Source: Octopus bimaculoides (Eukaryota). Taken from it: a DNA stretch of 52,400 nucleotides. The notes under the pieces are model-generated. The model made no database searches, was not told the DNA's origin, and saw only the letters and a program-made list of their open reading frames with translations. How positions within the stretch are numbered: position 1 is the stretch's first letter; each line of letters opens with the position of its first letter. Location: positions 56,283,436-56,335,835 of the forward strand of contig NC_068983.1 of NCBI RefSeq assembly GCF_001194135.2, written 5' to 3'. Positions 37,145 to 49,225 of this stretch are shown here, in pieces. Both the position numbers and the translations under genes were made by a program.

Positions 37145-37420
37145 ATACATCGTTGAGTGGTCGTTTTCGAGTATGAGCAAGAACATCACCTAGGAGAGAA
37201 TTGGGTACCGTGAGTCTGGCTATGGCCGAACAATCTGATGCGTGTTCGGAAGGCTCTGCCAAGTGTCAGGCACTGGTGTTCTGCTGAGAGTTAAAGGGAG
37301 GAGGTGGCTCCGGACTTGCTTAATTTACATTTCCGTTGTGCTTCTGAAATCCTGCTCTTTTCGTAAAGGGTGATACTTCTGTAGGTGTCGCTTCACCAGG
37401 CTGGGCGTTCTTGCATGCAT
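37145..37420 (-). mobile_element. RTE-clade LINE 3' end relic
   Basis: Minus strand GRAFRTRIRLFGHSQTHGTQFSPR* resembles the RTE C-terminal C.CGR.F..RIGL.SH..H motif, followed by a short 3' UTR. Confidence 0.7.
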
Positions 37421-37991
37421 TTATACACAGATATACACAACATTTAAACACGCAGATGTGTGTATCTGTGGGAGTCTGCGACCTAGAGTATGTGTGTGTG
37501 TGTGTGTGTGCATATATCAACGTTTGTGCATGTGTGTGAGCGTTTGTCCTCTTTCAATTTGATTCCTTCTTTTTCCTTGTCTTTCCATATCTTCTCTCAC
37601 ACCCTTACTTTCTCCTTCCTATTTCTTCCTGGTTCTCTCCCTCTCTCTTTCTGTAACTGACCCTCTTCCTCCCTCTCTCTCTCCTTCTTTCTTTCCACTC
37701 ATTCTTCCTTATCAGGTCTCATTAATAATCCTCTCTCACTGAATTAAACATCGAAGTAATCAATTAAACATTTCTCCTCGTTTAATCTTTGTCATTAAAA
37801 TTTTTTTTCTTTTTTTTTTTGGATTTTATCATACTTTATTTTATTTCAATTTAGCAGCCTGAAGCCGTCTTCGATTAATTTGAGCAACATTATCACCAGC
37901 TTTCGATATCAGATCGAATACATGATATTGACGGTGACGAATAATGTAATTAACAGAATTATCCGTTCTTACCAAACGCAAGAATCAAACA

Positions 37992-38450
<459 letters not shown>

Positions 38451-38749
38451 ACCGTCTTCTGTCGTGGATTGTAATTTTCTTAAGTTACACGAATGCTCGA
38501 CCAATATGGATTATACCAAAATAACGTAACTTAATCTAAGATGGGGCTGTAAGCTCAACATTTCTTAGATAAAACAGATTACCTGATAAACTCGCAAAAC
38601 TGCGTTCACATTGAGTAATTTTGCGGTAACTCCTTTCGGGGAGTGAACTATAAATGACTTTATAACAAAGATTGTCGTTCAATTTCTCACATAACCCGTC
38701 TGCAACCAAGACCCATTTTGGAATATATATTCTTTTATTCTTTTAATTT

Positions 38750-38926
38750 TTGTTTTGTTTCATTCAGTTGACTGCAGCCATGCTGGAGCACCGCCTTTAG
38801 TCGAACAAATCGACCCAGGACTTATTCTTTCTAAACCTAGTATTAACGCTAAGTTACAGGGACTAAACGCACCAATACCAGTTGTCAAGCGATAGTAGGG
38901 TGATAAACACAAACACACAGATACAT

Positions 38927-38940
<14 letters not shown>
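38750..38940 (-). mobile_element. SINE family B tail (head in or beyond gap)
   Basis: gactgcagccatgctggagcaccgcctttagtcgaacaaatcgacccagg. Confidence 0.85.
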
Positions 38941-38979
<39 letters not shown>

Positions 38980-39337
38980 NNNNNNNNNNNNNNNNNNNNN
39001 NNNNNNNNNNNNNNNNNNNNNNNNNNNNNNNNNNNNNNNNNNNNNNNNNNNNNNNNNNNNNNNNNNNNNNNNNNNNNNNNNNNNNNNNNNNNNNNNNNNN
39101 NNNNNNNNNNNNNNNNNNNNNNNNNNNNNNNNNNNNNNNNNNNNNNNNNNNNNNNNNNNNNNNNNNNNNNNNNNNNNNNNNNNNNNNNNNNNNNNNNNNN
39201 NNNNNNNNNNNNNNNNNNNNNNNNNNNNNNNNNNNNNNNNNNNNNNNNNNNNNNNNNNNNNNNNNNNNNNNNNNNNNNNNNNNNNNNNNNNNNNNNNNNN
39301 NNNNNNNNNNNNNATATATATATATATATATATATAT

Positions 39338-40180
39338 ACTAGCTGTTGTACCCGGTATTGCTCGGATTTTCTGTGTTAAGGATAAACATATGCCGTTGTA
39401 ACTGTTGCTTGATGAAATTGATTTCTGACTCTTACGGATGACGTCATATTTGAGGTACTTTAGCAGAGGTAACCGATAATTCCAGGGTTGATTGAAGTAT
39501 AGTTCAATTGTATGCATAATGTCTATTAGTTTTATAATATTCCCCTACTCATGCGCAATTATCAATTTTATGTCAACTCCACATGCCGCATTCAACTTAT
39601 GGTCATGAACTATAATCACGTGTAACATATATAAAAAATCGATAGAATAGTCTCTGAAAAAAGCTAATACAAGCTTGCACCCTTCAGATTCCTACCACAA
39701 AATTTACCTAAATCTCAAATTTCATTAAAATTTGATGAAAAATATAAAAGTTACAGCCATAAAATAAAATCTCTATGGGTATTTGCACGCAAAAAGCCTA
39801 TTGATTATATGAAACCACTGCTCAGGTGCAATTATTGATTTATTGTCAACGCTATATATTGACATCAACTCACTGCCATGAGCCTCGCTAGCTCATAGAT
39901 TTTCATCAAAATCGGACAAAAAATGCAAATGCTGCAGGAAAAATAACATCATTATGGGAATTTCCATTCAAACGCCCGATTGAGCTCACAACAATCGATA
40001 CCAACTGACCATTATGGAGTTTTCGAAAAATTCCGACCTCATTTGAACTTTAGGGCATGTTATCTATCTATGTGCCAAAATTCATTAAAATCAGTTGGAC
40101 GGTGTCGGAGGAGTTACAGTAACCCCAAACACACAGACAAACAGACACCATTACACATTTATGTTTGTATGTATATATAA
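39338..40180 (+). mobile_element. Helentron/HINE-like (DINE-1/Lep1-like) non-autonomous element
   Basis: Starts actagctgttgtacccggtattgctcgg after (TA)n and ends aaaattcattaaaatcagttggacgg...acagacaaacagacacc...ttt; three internal ttcat(t/c)aaaat modules. Confidence 0.6.
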
Positions 40181-40254
40181 ATACACACACACACACATAT
40201 ATAACTTAACTTAGATTACTTAGATATATTTCGACCAAAACTGGTAGGTTTGGC

Positions 40255-40455
40255 TAAATACATTTTAAGTCAAGTTTTGTGGTGTCACGGCCCAATCGAG
40301 TTGGGAGTTCTCGTTGAGTAAGTTTTATCCGGGTATAGGTGGCTCATCAGGTATCCCTTGAAGAAATTTGTCCAGATTCTGTTTAAAAGTGATGGGATCC
40401 TTTTTCTCTTTCATCTGTTTTGGGACAATGCTAAATAGGGCAGGACCTGTTGAGA
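40255..40455 (-). mobile_element. CR1-clade LINE ORF2 C-terminal relic (second subfamily)
   Basis: Minus strand GPALFSIVPKQMKEKKDPITFKQNLDKFLQGIPDEPPIPG, homologous to the 8090-8210 translation. Confidence 0.75.
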
Positions 40456-41259
40456 AATATATATATATATATTCAATTAATAGATTTAAAAAAAATGGAG
40501 AGCTGAAAGTTAATAATCATTTTTTCATAAATTTATAATTCTTACTTCCTACAGCTGTTTCCATTTGTGCTCATTAACTAATTACAAACTTATGCTTTAA
40601 ATCTACATTTATAAGTTATGAGCNNNNNNNNNNNNNNNNNNNNNNNNNNNNNNNNNNNNNNNNNNNNNNNNNNNNNNNNNNNNNNNNNNNNNNNNNNNNN
40701 NNNNNNNNNNNNNNNNNNNNNNNNNNNNNNNNNNNNNNNNNNNNNNNNNNNNNNNNNNNNNNNNNNNNNNNNNNNNNNNNNNNNNNNNNNNNNNNNNNNN
40801 NNNNNNNNNNNNNNNNNNNNNNNNNNNNNNNNNNNNNNNNNNNNNNNNNNNNNNNNNNNNNNNNNNNNNNNNNNNNNNNNNNNNNNNNNNNNNNNNNNNN
40901 NNNNNNNNNNNNNNNNNNNNNNNNNNNNNNNNNNNNNNNNNNNNNNNNNNNNNNNNNNNNNNNNNNNNNNNNNNNNNNNNNNNNNNNNNNNNNNNNNNNN
41001 NNNNNNNNNNNNNNNNNNNNNNNNNNNNNNNNNNNNNNNNNNNNNNNNNNNNNNNNNNNNNNNNNNNNNNNNNNNNNNNNNNNNNNNNNNNNNNNNNNNN
41101 NNNNNNNNNNNNNNNNNNNNNNNNNNNNNNNNNNNNNNNNNNNNNNNNNNNNNNNNNNNNNNNNNNNNNNNNNNNNNNNNNNNNNNNNNNNNNNNNNNNN
41201 NNNNNNNNNNNNNNNNNNNNNNNNNNNGATTTTTAATTTCTTATGTTACTATATATACA

Positions 41260-41379
<120 letters not shown>

Positions 41380-41562
41380 TGTATGCATGTGTGTATATGT
41401 ATGTATTTCTATTTGTGACATCTATAATTTCGTGTTTTTTCTAATATTAGCAGATTTTAATTATCTATCTTCTGTCTATCTATTTGTCTGTCTGTCTGTC
41501 TGTCTGTCAGGATATTCTCTTTCTGTCTTTCTCTTTCATCTCCCTCTCTCTTTTCCCCCCTC

Positions 41563-41616
<54 letters not shown>

Positions 41617-41719
41617 CATTCACACACTCACACATGTGAACATAAAGGAAAACACACCTTGAGGTATCAACAGAAAGAAACTTGTCATCGTCATGTACGC
41701 TCACGTGTATCACATACTT

Positions 41720-41754
<35 letters not shown>

Positions 41755-42060
41755 TGCTTGCGCATACACACATATACATACACACGCATATACTCACACA
41801 CACGAAAAAGAAACCATACACACAGTGGTAAACTCTAAATGTAACATATATTGAAAGCTATGCACACACACGAAGACAAATCTCCACGATGCATGAATTC
41901 AAAAAATAATAGATAAAGATTATGCAAGTGTCTTTACCTAGAACGTTGACACAAAATATCGTTAGTGCATCGAATATATAATAGTGAAGAGAAGAGAGAT
42001 CCGAATCGTGACTGTAGACTCATTAAAATGGAAGAAGATGACACGAAAATAACATTAAAT

Positions 42061-42499
42061 AGAAAAATGTAAATGTTGTCACTTAGTATATTACGCATTC
42101 TTAAATAAAAAATGAATAAAGATGTCAGTCTTCCGTCAGTTTCGAAGATGATAATTTTAAGATTTTAATGAACCAGTATTTCCGATTTGGAATCATTTAA
42201 CGAATAGAATGTTTATTTCGCTAAGGCAACTTGCCTGAGGTGCAGTCATTGCGGCCATTTGCATTCTTCCCAGCCAGAAATTTCAGATCTTAACTCTTTT
42301 AAGAAAAATGTAAATGTTGTCACTTAATATTTTATGCATTCTTAAATAAAAAAATTAATAAAGAAGTTTGTCTTCCGTCAGTTTCGAAGATAATTACTCC
42401 AAGATTCTAATGAAGCAGTATTTCCGATCTGGAATCTATTTCGCTAAGGAAACTTGCCTGAGGTACAGTCAGAAATTTCAGATCTAAACTCCTTTTAAG
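42061..42499. repeat. Diverged tandem duplication (about 241 bp plus about 198 bp)
   Basis: Both units start agaaaaatgtaaatgttgtcactta and share gtcttccgtcagtttcgaagat and agaaatttcagatct. Confidence 0.9.
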
Positions 42500-42589
42500 T
42501 TGAAGCCACTCAGTCACTTCAGCTCTCTGTCGATCAACTCAATATTGCAAAAAATTGGACTTCGGTATGATGGCGAGCTGGCAGCAACA

Positions 42590-42785
42590 TTAGCAGGCTG
42601 GGGAAAATGCTTAGCGGTATTTCGTCCGTCGTTATGTTCTGAGTTCAAATTCCACCGAGGACAACTTTGCTTTCATCCTTTCGAGGTCGAAAAAAAAAGT
42701 ACCAGTTGAACACTGGGGCCGATGCAAATGATTTAATCTCTCTCCCAAACCTGCTGGCCGTGTGCCAAAATTTGAAGCCAATATT
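42590..42785 (+). mobile_element. SINE family C
   Basis: ggcgagctggcagc...gttctgagttcaaattcc...tttcatcctttcgaggtcg. Confidence 0.88.
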
Positions 42786-43577
42786 GGTCATCATTCGAGT
42801 TAAATATAACAGGGTTATTCTATAACCCTCTATATATCATAATTTATACTATTCTATATTCCTGAGAAGAGGCACTTCTCTATTATGTCGGAATAGGGTC
42901 CTCATCTTGATTTCTGCTTTCATTGAGTTTCGGCTATGTACATTCCAGCATTCTTCAAGTGTCTTGTAGTACACCTTAGTGCATTGTCTGCGATTAAACT
43001 CAGAACTTCTAAGTTAATGCACTGCATTAACCAGCGTCTTTATCTACTATGCAAAGCATACAACACATGAAAAACGCTTGAGCGTACACAGCCACAATGT
43101 AGGAAAAGCAACAAAGTTAAAGGCTCCACTCTGACTAATACATAATCATGTTTTAGGTATATTGCTCTGTTGAAAGGCCAGTTACTGCAATATTTGTCCT
43201 AAGGATAACATCTCTTGTGAATGTGCTGTGTTAAAAATACAATAAATATCCTAGACAGACGGAAGTTCGACCCAGCAGTGGTCGGCAAGAACGCTAGATG
43301 AATTTCGGCCTTTTTAATAGCATGCACGCCCAATCGAGAAATTGTCGTAACTGGTGGCGGTAAAGGTGAATTAAACATTCTCTGATGTAGTGAATAACTT
43401 TCGGCTGATTAAAAATCCAGTATAAACAACTGAGTCAGTATTTAATTAAAATCGTCATCTGTATATCATACTTAATGTACACACAGGGTTAATAAGATAT
43501 ATACCGCAGTATTTGTCCTTAGATAGCAGAGCCCGCATTATCTATAAACCATGTGAAAGCGTATGTAAATGGTTGAA

Positions 43578-43874
43578 GAGTGATGGCACGTGGTTAGGTG
43601 TTTCGACTCGCGATCGTAAGGTGGTGAGTTCAATTCCAAACGACACGTTGTGTCCTTGAGCAAGATACTTTATTTTACCTTTCCCCAGTCCACTCAGCTG
43701 GCAAAAAATAGGCAGCCGTGTGACATTGTGTGTCACGCTGAATCTCTCTGAGAACTACGTTAAAAGTACGCGTGTTTGTAGACTGTTCAGTTTCTCGCTC
43801 GTTAATTCCATGCGAAGGCTGTTACGTTGATCAGATCAACTGGAACTCTTATGATCGTAACCAACAGAGTGCCA
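43578..43874 (+). mobile_element. Chimeric SINE: tRNA head, CORE and family A tail
   Basis: CORE tgtgtccttgagcaagatactttatttt...cactcagctg at 43649-43700; from about 43730 collinear with the family A 3' half. Confidence 0.8.
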
Positions 43875-43891
43875 GTTATTTCTTTTAATGG

Positions 43892-44482
43892 TTGATAATT
43901 CCTGAGAGAACCAGCGTCGCACAATTAACAAAGCTTGCTTTGTCATTTCCAAGTACAGCCTACTCGACGAGCCTTCATAGTTTCTTTCCACCAGGAGAAG
44001 AAATATTCTACATATCACCAAATGTTATGAACGCGTATTTTATTAACCTTGACAGGAAGTGTAGCCTGTCTTGGACTTGTGAACGCTGTATCACGTTACA
44101 CTTAGAAGGTTACGCTTTTCAAATCCAAGAGCAAGAGATAGTTACTAAATACCTGCCGAAGAAAAGAGACAGTGAATCACTTAAACTCAGTGATGTGACT
44201 GAAAATATTGATTATGACACAAATTTGACATCAACTGGAAGTGATATTAAAAGATTCGGCGAAATCAATAATAGAATCAACAAGAGAGACGGTGAAGCAC
44301 TTAACTCCTCAAGAGACCTAAAATGCAAATATAACAAGCCTAATACAATTGTTTGGGACAGAGAAGGAAATTATGTAGTTAGAGAGGTCATCTACCGAGC
44401 AATTGCGAACAATTCTTTCAAAATTAGAAAGAAAGGAAATATTTATGGAGAATATTTATGGAATATAGAGATGCAGGCATAG
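43892..44482 (+). other. 196-codon ORF; probably decayed LINE ORF1 (PHD finger plus coiled coil), alternatively a terminal exon
   Basis: Longest non-gap ORF that is not made of microsatellite sequence. Contains W-x-C-x2-C (SWTCERC); the adjacent frame supplies C-F-V and H-x3-C (LHITKC). A possible acceptor tttctttccaccag ends at 43994. Confidence 0.35.
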
Positions 44483-44737
44483 CTGCGTGGTTAAGAAACA
44501 CGTTATTTGATTATGCAGTTTGGGGGTTCGGTTCCACTGTGCGGTAATTTGGTTAATGAGATATGTTTTCTACTATAGCCCCAGGCTGAACAATCCCTTG
44601 TATGTGAACTTTGCAGATGGAAACTGTGGAAGCCCGTCGCATATATAGATTACTGCTCCATGCGTTATAGTGTGCTCCTTATTCAGATATATGATACATT
44701 CATGATCTGTCTATCTATCTGTCTGTCTGCCTACCTG

Positions 44738-44774
<37 letters not shown>

Positions 44775-44873
44775 ATAAGGGTCCGATGAGGCTATTCTCA
44801 GGCACTCAACTTTGAATCCACTTCGTCCTAAAGCAGAAACAGCTCTAAGCTAATGAAGTTTATACGATAATTT

Positions 44874-44909
<36 letters not shown>

Positions 44910-44923
44910 ACACACACACACAT

Positions 44924-44972
<49 letters not shown>

Positions 44973-45270
44973 CACACACACGTATATGTGTGGAAGTATG
45001 TGCATGTTTACGCGCGTGTGTGTGTGTTTTTGTATCGGTATTTGTCGCCATCAACTCCGCTTAATCGGCTTTAGTTTGCTTATGCACAACCCCTAGCATA
45101 GTAGTTCAGCGAAAGATACCAATAGAACAAATATCAAACCTAAAACACCAACAACACCAACAACAGCAACAACAAAATCCCCAAGTGCTGCGGTCGATTT
45201 GCTCCGCTAAAATCTTTCAAGGCAGTGCTCCAGCTTGGTTGTTTTCAATGACTAAAACGCGTGAAATAGG
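44480..45270 (+). mobile_element. Old SINE family B with expanded and interrupted internal microsatellite
   Basis: Decayed head 44480-44645, TCTA/CA/TG tracts 44705-45030, decayed tail 45035-45270. Confidence 0.55.
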
Positions 45271-45405
45271 TAAACTAACTGAAGGCTTAACCTTTTCTAT
45301 TGAGGTAATACATTTATAGTTGAGATTTATAAAAATACAAAAGACGAAGACAGGTGTATGAACAACAAGCAAGTGTATTAGTTTGACGCTCGGGAAATGA
45401 AAAAA

Positions 45406-45445
45406 GTCTTTTTATGTTTCGAGCTTATGCTCTTCAGCAGAAAGA
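45406..45445 (-). ncRNA. Degenerate minimal hammerhead-like motif in a Penelope-type terminal repeat (about 45310-45500)
   Basis: Minus strand tcttt-CTGCTGA-agagc-ataa-gctc-GAAA-c-ata-aaaagac. Confidence 0.4.
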
Positions 45446-45619
45446 AATGAAAGAATATAAACAGAGAGAGAATAAAAAAAAGAACTTGAAGATTTAGCGG
45501 TCCAGCATGACGAAATAATACATCCATAGTTGGATTAATAAAAACGTATCAGGACAATTACCCCATTAGGAAATTACCCCCTAGGACAATTCTCCCCGAT
45601 GCCAATATATATATATGCA

Positions 45620-46212
45620 CGTGTGTGTGTGTGTGTGTCTATGTGTATGTGTTTTTGTGTCCGTATTTATCCCTCACCACCACTTGACAACCGGTGTTGG
45701 TGTGTTTGCGTCCCTGCAACTTAACGGTTCAGCAAAACAAACCAATAGAATTAGTACCAGGCTTTAAAAATAAGTCCTGGAGTCGATTCATTCGACTAGA
45801 ATTTCAAGGCAGTGCCCCAGAATGGCAGCAGTCTAATGACTGAAACACGTAAAAAATAAAAGATCTAAAGATATATATATATATATATTATTTTATTTCT
45901 GTTACTTGTTTCAGTCAATCCTGACTGCGGCCTTGCTGGAGCATCGCCTTAATATATTTATATGTGTGTGTCTCTTTGCTTGTGTGCGTGTTTTTGTGTG
46001 AATCTTTGTGCCTGTGTTCGTTATCTACCACCGCTTGGCAATCGGTGTCGGTATGTTTATGTCCCCGTGACTTAGCCTGGCAGCAAAAGCGATTGATAGA
46101 ATAATTACCAGGCTTAAGAGAAGATACTGGGCTTGATTTATTCGATTGGATGTCTGGAACACGGTGCCCCAGCATGGCCGAAACCTAATGAGTGAGACAA
46201 GTAAAAGAAAAG
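45620..46212. mobile_element. Cluster of SINE family B tails (+ 45620-45865; - 45893-45951; + 45960-46212)
   Basis: Tail motifs cttgacaaccggtgttggtg and ccagcatggcc...gactgaaac in both orientations. Confidence 0.8.
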
Positions 46213-46237
46213 TTATCTAGCACATGCTTGTGATATA

Positions 46238-46476
46238 CAGGGTGGCCCGAAAGTAGGTTTACAGTCATTCAACTATCTCTTTCGCATTCATATATTAACA
46301 GCTTAGATCTTTATTATAAAAAAAGAATATGAAACCATTATTCTATGATAATTTATTTCATTTTGTTAAGCTCCCTTTTCAGTTTGTAAGATAGAAATTT
46401 AAATGTAATAAAATGTATTTAAAAAAAATTTAACGTGCCTACGTGGTAACTGTAAACCTAATTTTGGGCCACCCTG
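46238..46476. mobile_element. Tc1/mariner-type MITE, 28-bp TIRs, TA TSD
   Basis: cagggtggcccgaaagtaggtttacagt versus the reverse complement of the right end, cagggtggcccaaaattaggtttacagt (2 mismatches); TA on both sides. Confidence 0.92.
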
Positions 46477-46825
46477 TACAATTCGTTATCGAAAGGGGAA
46501 AAATATACAACTATTTTCTGAGCATTAAAATCTAACACTTCACCGCTTGTGTCACCTACTTTCTTGTAAGAAAGCTTTTCCTTCATTAGAAATGAATTCC
46601 TTTTCTATAAGAACTAAAATAATTTCTAAAGAAATCTAACTTGTATGCATATATACGTACCTTCAAAGATGGCGACTGCAATGACCAGATAGATTTTCGG
46701 ATATAGATAATTACTACTTATATGAAGACAGAGTATTATATAATAGAAAAATTGAACTACTAAATTTTGGTGAGATTACATCAAATATATTTATATAAAT
46801 ATCTAAACATTATAAGTACACTTAA

Positions 46826-46884
<59 letters not shown>

Positions 46885-47032
46885 CACATATATACATATA
46901 TATATATTTGTGTGTGTATGTGTGTCTGTTTGTGTGCGCGTGTATATGTGTATATGTGTATCTATCTATCTCTCAGCGTGTGTGTACGTACCTTATACAA
47001 ATAAGTCAAACAGCACCACTCTATACACTCAC

Positions 47033-47092
47033 CACATGTAACAAATTAACTATGTATGTATGCTCAGAAATATTTGTGGAGTTGAAATAATC
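47033..47092 (-). CDS. Candidate 60-nt coding exon of an unidentified gene (DYFNSTNISEHTYIVNLLHV)
   Basis: Acceptor tttgatatttcttttctatag, donor gtgagt; length is a multiple of 3; only the phase-0 frame is open. Confidence 0.4.
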
Positions 47093-47834
47093 CTATAGAA
47101 AAGAAATATCAAACTGCGAATAACTTTAAATTTAATCACGACCAAAATCTGCTGCAACTTCTAAAGAATATAATCGTCTGTTTCAAATTCTATCTATCTA
47201 TCTCTCTATCTAGGGATATATGTATGTATCTGTGTTGCTTGGACGTATATACGTATACGGACAATAGACAGGAAAAACAAGCATGATATAATTTTCCGTG
47301 AGTCTCAATTGCAGCTATAGTCGTAGCAGACAATAGAGTTATTCCATCAATAAAGAGTTATATGAGGTGTATCTACAGTATACAATCTGAAACGGAACGT
47401 TTTCGTTTTATGCAACGACTAAAACGTTTGTGGAATATCAAGTAGCCAGGTCTAGACTTAAATCCCAAACACCTTAACGAACAGGGTAAACTAATTATCA
47501 AGTGTAAAATTGATTTATATAAATGAATCTGTCGAAACAACACAGACTACTGATATTTCTGTAAATATAGCACTGAATAGCAAAACACTCTCCCATGGTG
47601 TGGCCGTCGGCGACTAAGCAAGCAACCCCTACAAAGCTTGCTTGATAAGGAGGGTGATTTTGCTGAGCACCTGGCTGCAAGGTGGATGAAATCTGTTGAG
47701 TCAAGGACAGTCCAACAGTTGGGACATAAGAGACCCCTAATCTTTGTTTTGGCCTCTATCTAGGAGAAGGAAGTGTCTAATATAACTTTATTTGCATTCA
47801 ATGATGTCGAATAGTTCATGTTTCACTCTATAAT

Positions 47835-49225
47835 TCTTTTCTACTCCAGGTACAAGGCCCGAAATTTTGGGGGAGAGGGCCAGTTGATTAGATCAACCCT
47901 AGTATGCAACTGATACTTAATTTATCGACCCCGAAAGGATGAAAGGCAAAGTCGACCTCGGCGGAGTTTGAACTCAGAACGTAAAGATAGACGAAATACC
48001 GCTAAGCATTTCGCCCGGCGTGCTAACGATTCTGTCAGCTCGCCGCCTTCCATTGCACTCTATAATTACTACAACTTCAATGCCGACAGCGACGTAGAGT
48101 TGGACAGGAGTAATATCCCTGAAGCAAGTAGCCTACCGATGCTTTCTCTTACATTCAATAACATCTGAAATTCTAGCTTTGGCTGCACGAACAGATAAAT
48201 AGAAAAGAGCTCAAAATTTCTTTGCTAGCCTACAAGGTATTTGAGACGGCATGATGCAACTGAAACAAAAGACTGGTTTCAAATTTTGGCACAAGGCAAG
48301 AAATTGCAGTGGCAGGCGTGAGTCGATTACATCGATCCAAAACTCAACTGGTGCTTATTTTTCGACCCCGAAATGATGAAAGGTAAAGTTGATCTTGGTG
48401 GAATTTGAACTCAGAACGTGAAGACGGACGAAATGACGCTAAGCAGTTTGCTTGGCGTGATAACAATTTTTTATACGATAGGCACAAGGGGACCAATCGA
48501 TTACATCGACCCCTGTGAATAACTGGTACGTAATTTATCGACACTGAAAGGATGACAGACAAATTCGAGCCCGGTGGCATTTGAAATCAGAACATGATGA
48601 CGGACGAAATACGCTAAGCATTTCGCCCGGCGTGCTAGCAATTGTGGCAGCTCGCCGCCTTTAACTGGTACTAAATACTGACATGAAAGACATGTCAATC
48701 AAAACCAGTCTAAGAGAGCCATACAGGTTTGAGCCAGATGGAGATACTGAAATGACAGGAAATAACCTGAAAAATATTCAGTGAAAGCGCATTAAAAAGA
48801 GGAAAACAGATTGTAACCCTTCTGGAGTATTTGCAAAATTGGGAAACTTCTGACTCAGAGGGAAATAAATAATATTATAATAACGATAGCACAAACCCTT
48901 AAATCCGAACGGGAGAATTATTCCCGACTGGTTCAAAATCAGAAGTATTTTCCTGTGTCCTGTTTCTTTGGCGTATGACTGACCAAGATTACAATATATT
49001 TCTGAACACAGATTCGTTGCTGGAGTTCAAGTCCGGCTCGGCAGTTTTATGAGGAAGAGACAAGTCGATTACGTTCAACCCAGTATTTGATTGGTTCTTT
49101 GTTTTAACAAACGCTGAAGGGATGAAAAGCAGAGTTGGTTTTGTCGGCATTTGAACTCAGATCGTAAAAGATCCACAAGGGATGCCGCTCAGCATTTTCT
49201 CCGCCGTAGTAACGATTCTGCCACT
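47835..49225 (-). mobile_element. Four same-orientation SINE family C copies (47835-48050, 48265-48470, 48490-48660, 49025-49225)
   Basis: Each has the gaatttgaactcagaacg...gctaagcatt core in varying states of decay. Confidence 0.85.

Noticed and set aside
44150-44330. Neuropeptide precursor (KR dibasic sites)
   Set aside because: There is no in-frame signal peptide and no amidation glycines; KR is expected often in A/G-rich ORFs.
47560-47790. Possible LINE 5' UTR relic
   Set aside because: Only composition suggests it; there is no diagnostic motif.
48716-48783. EPYRFEP as the PYxFEP motif of transposon accessory proteins
   Set aside because: The frame stops after about 22 codons, with no following Cys-rich domain.
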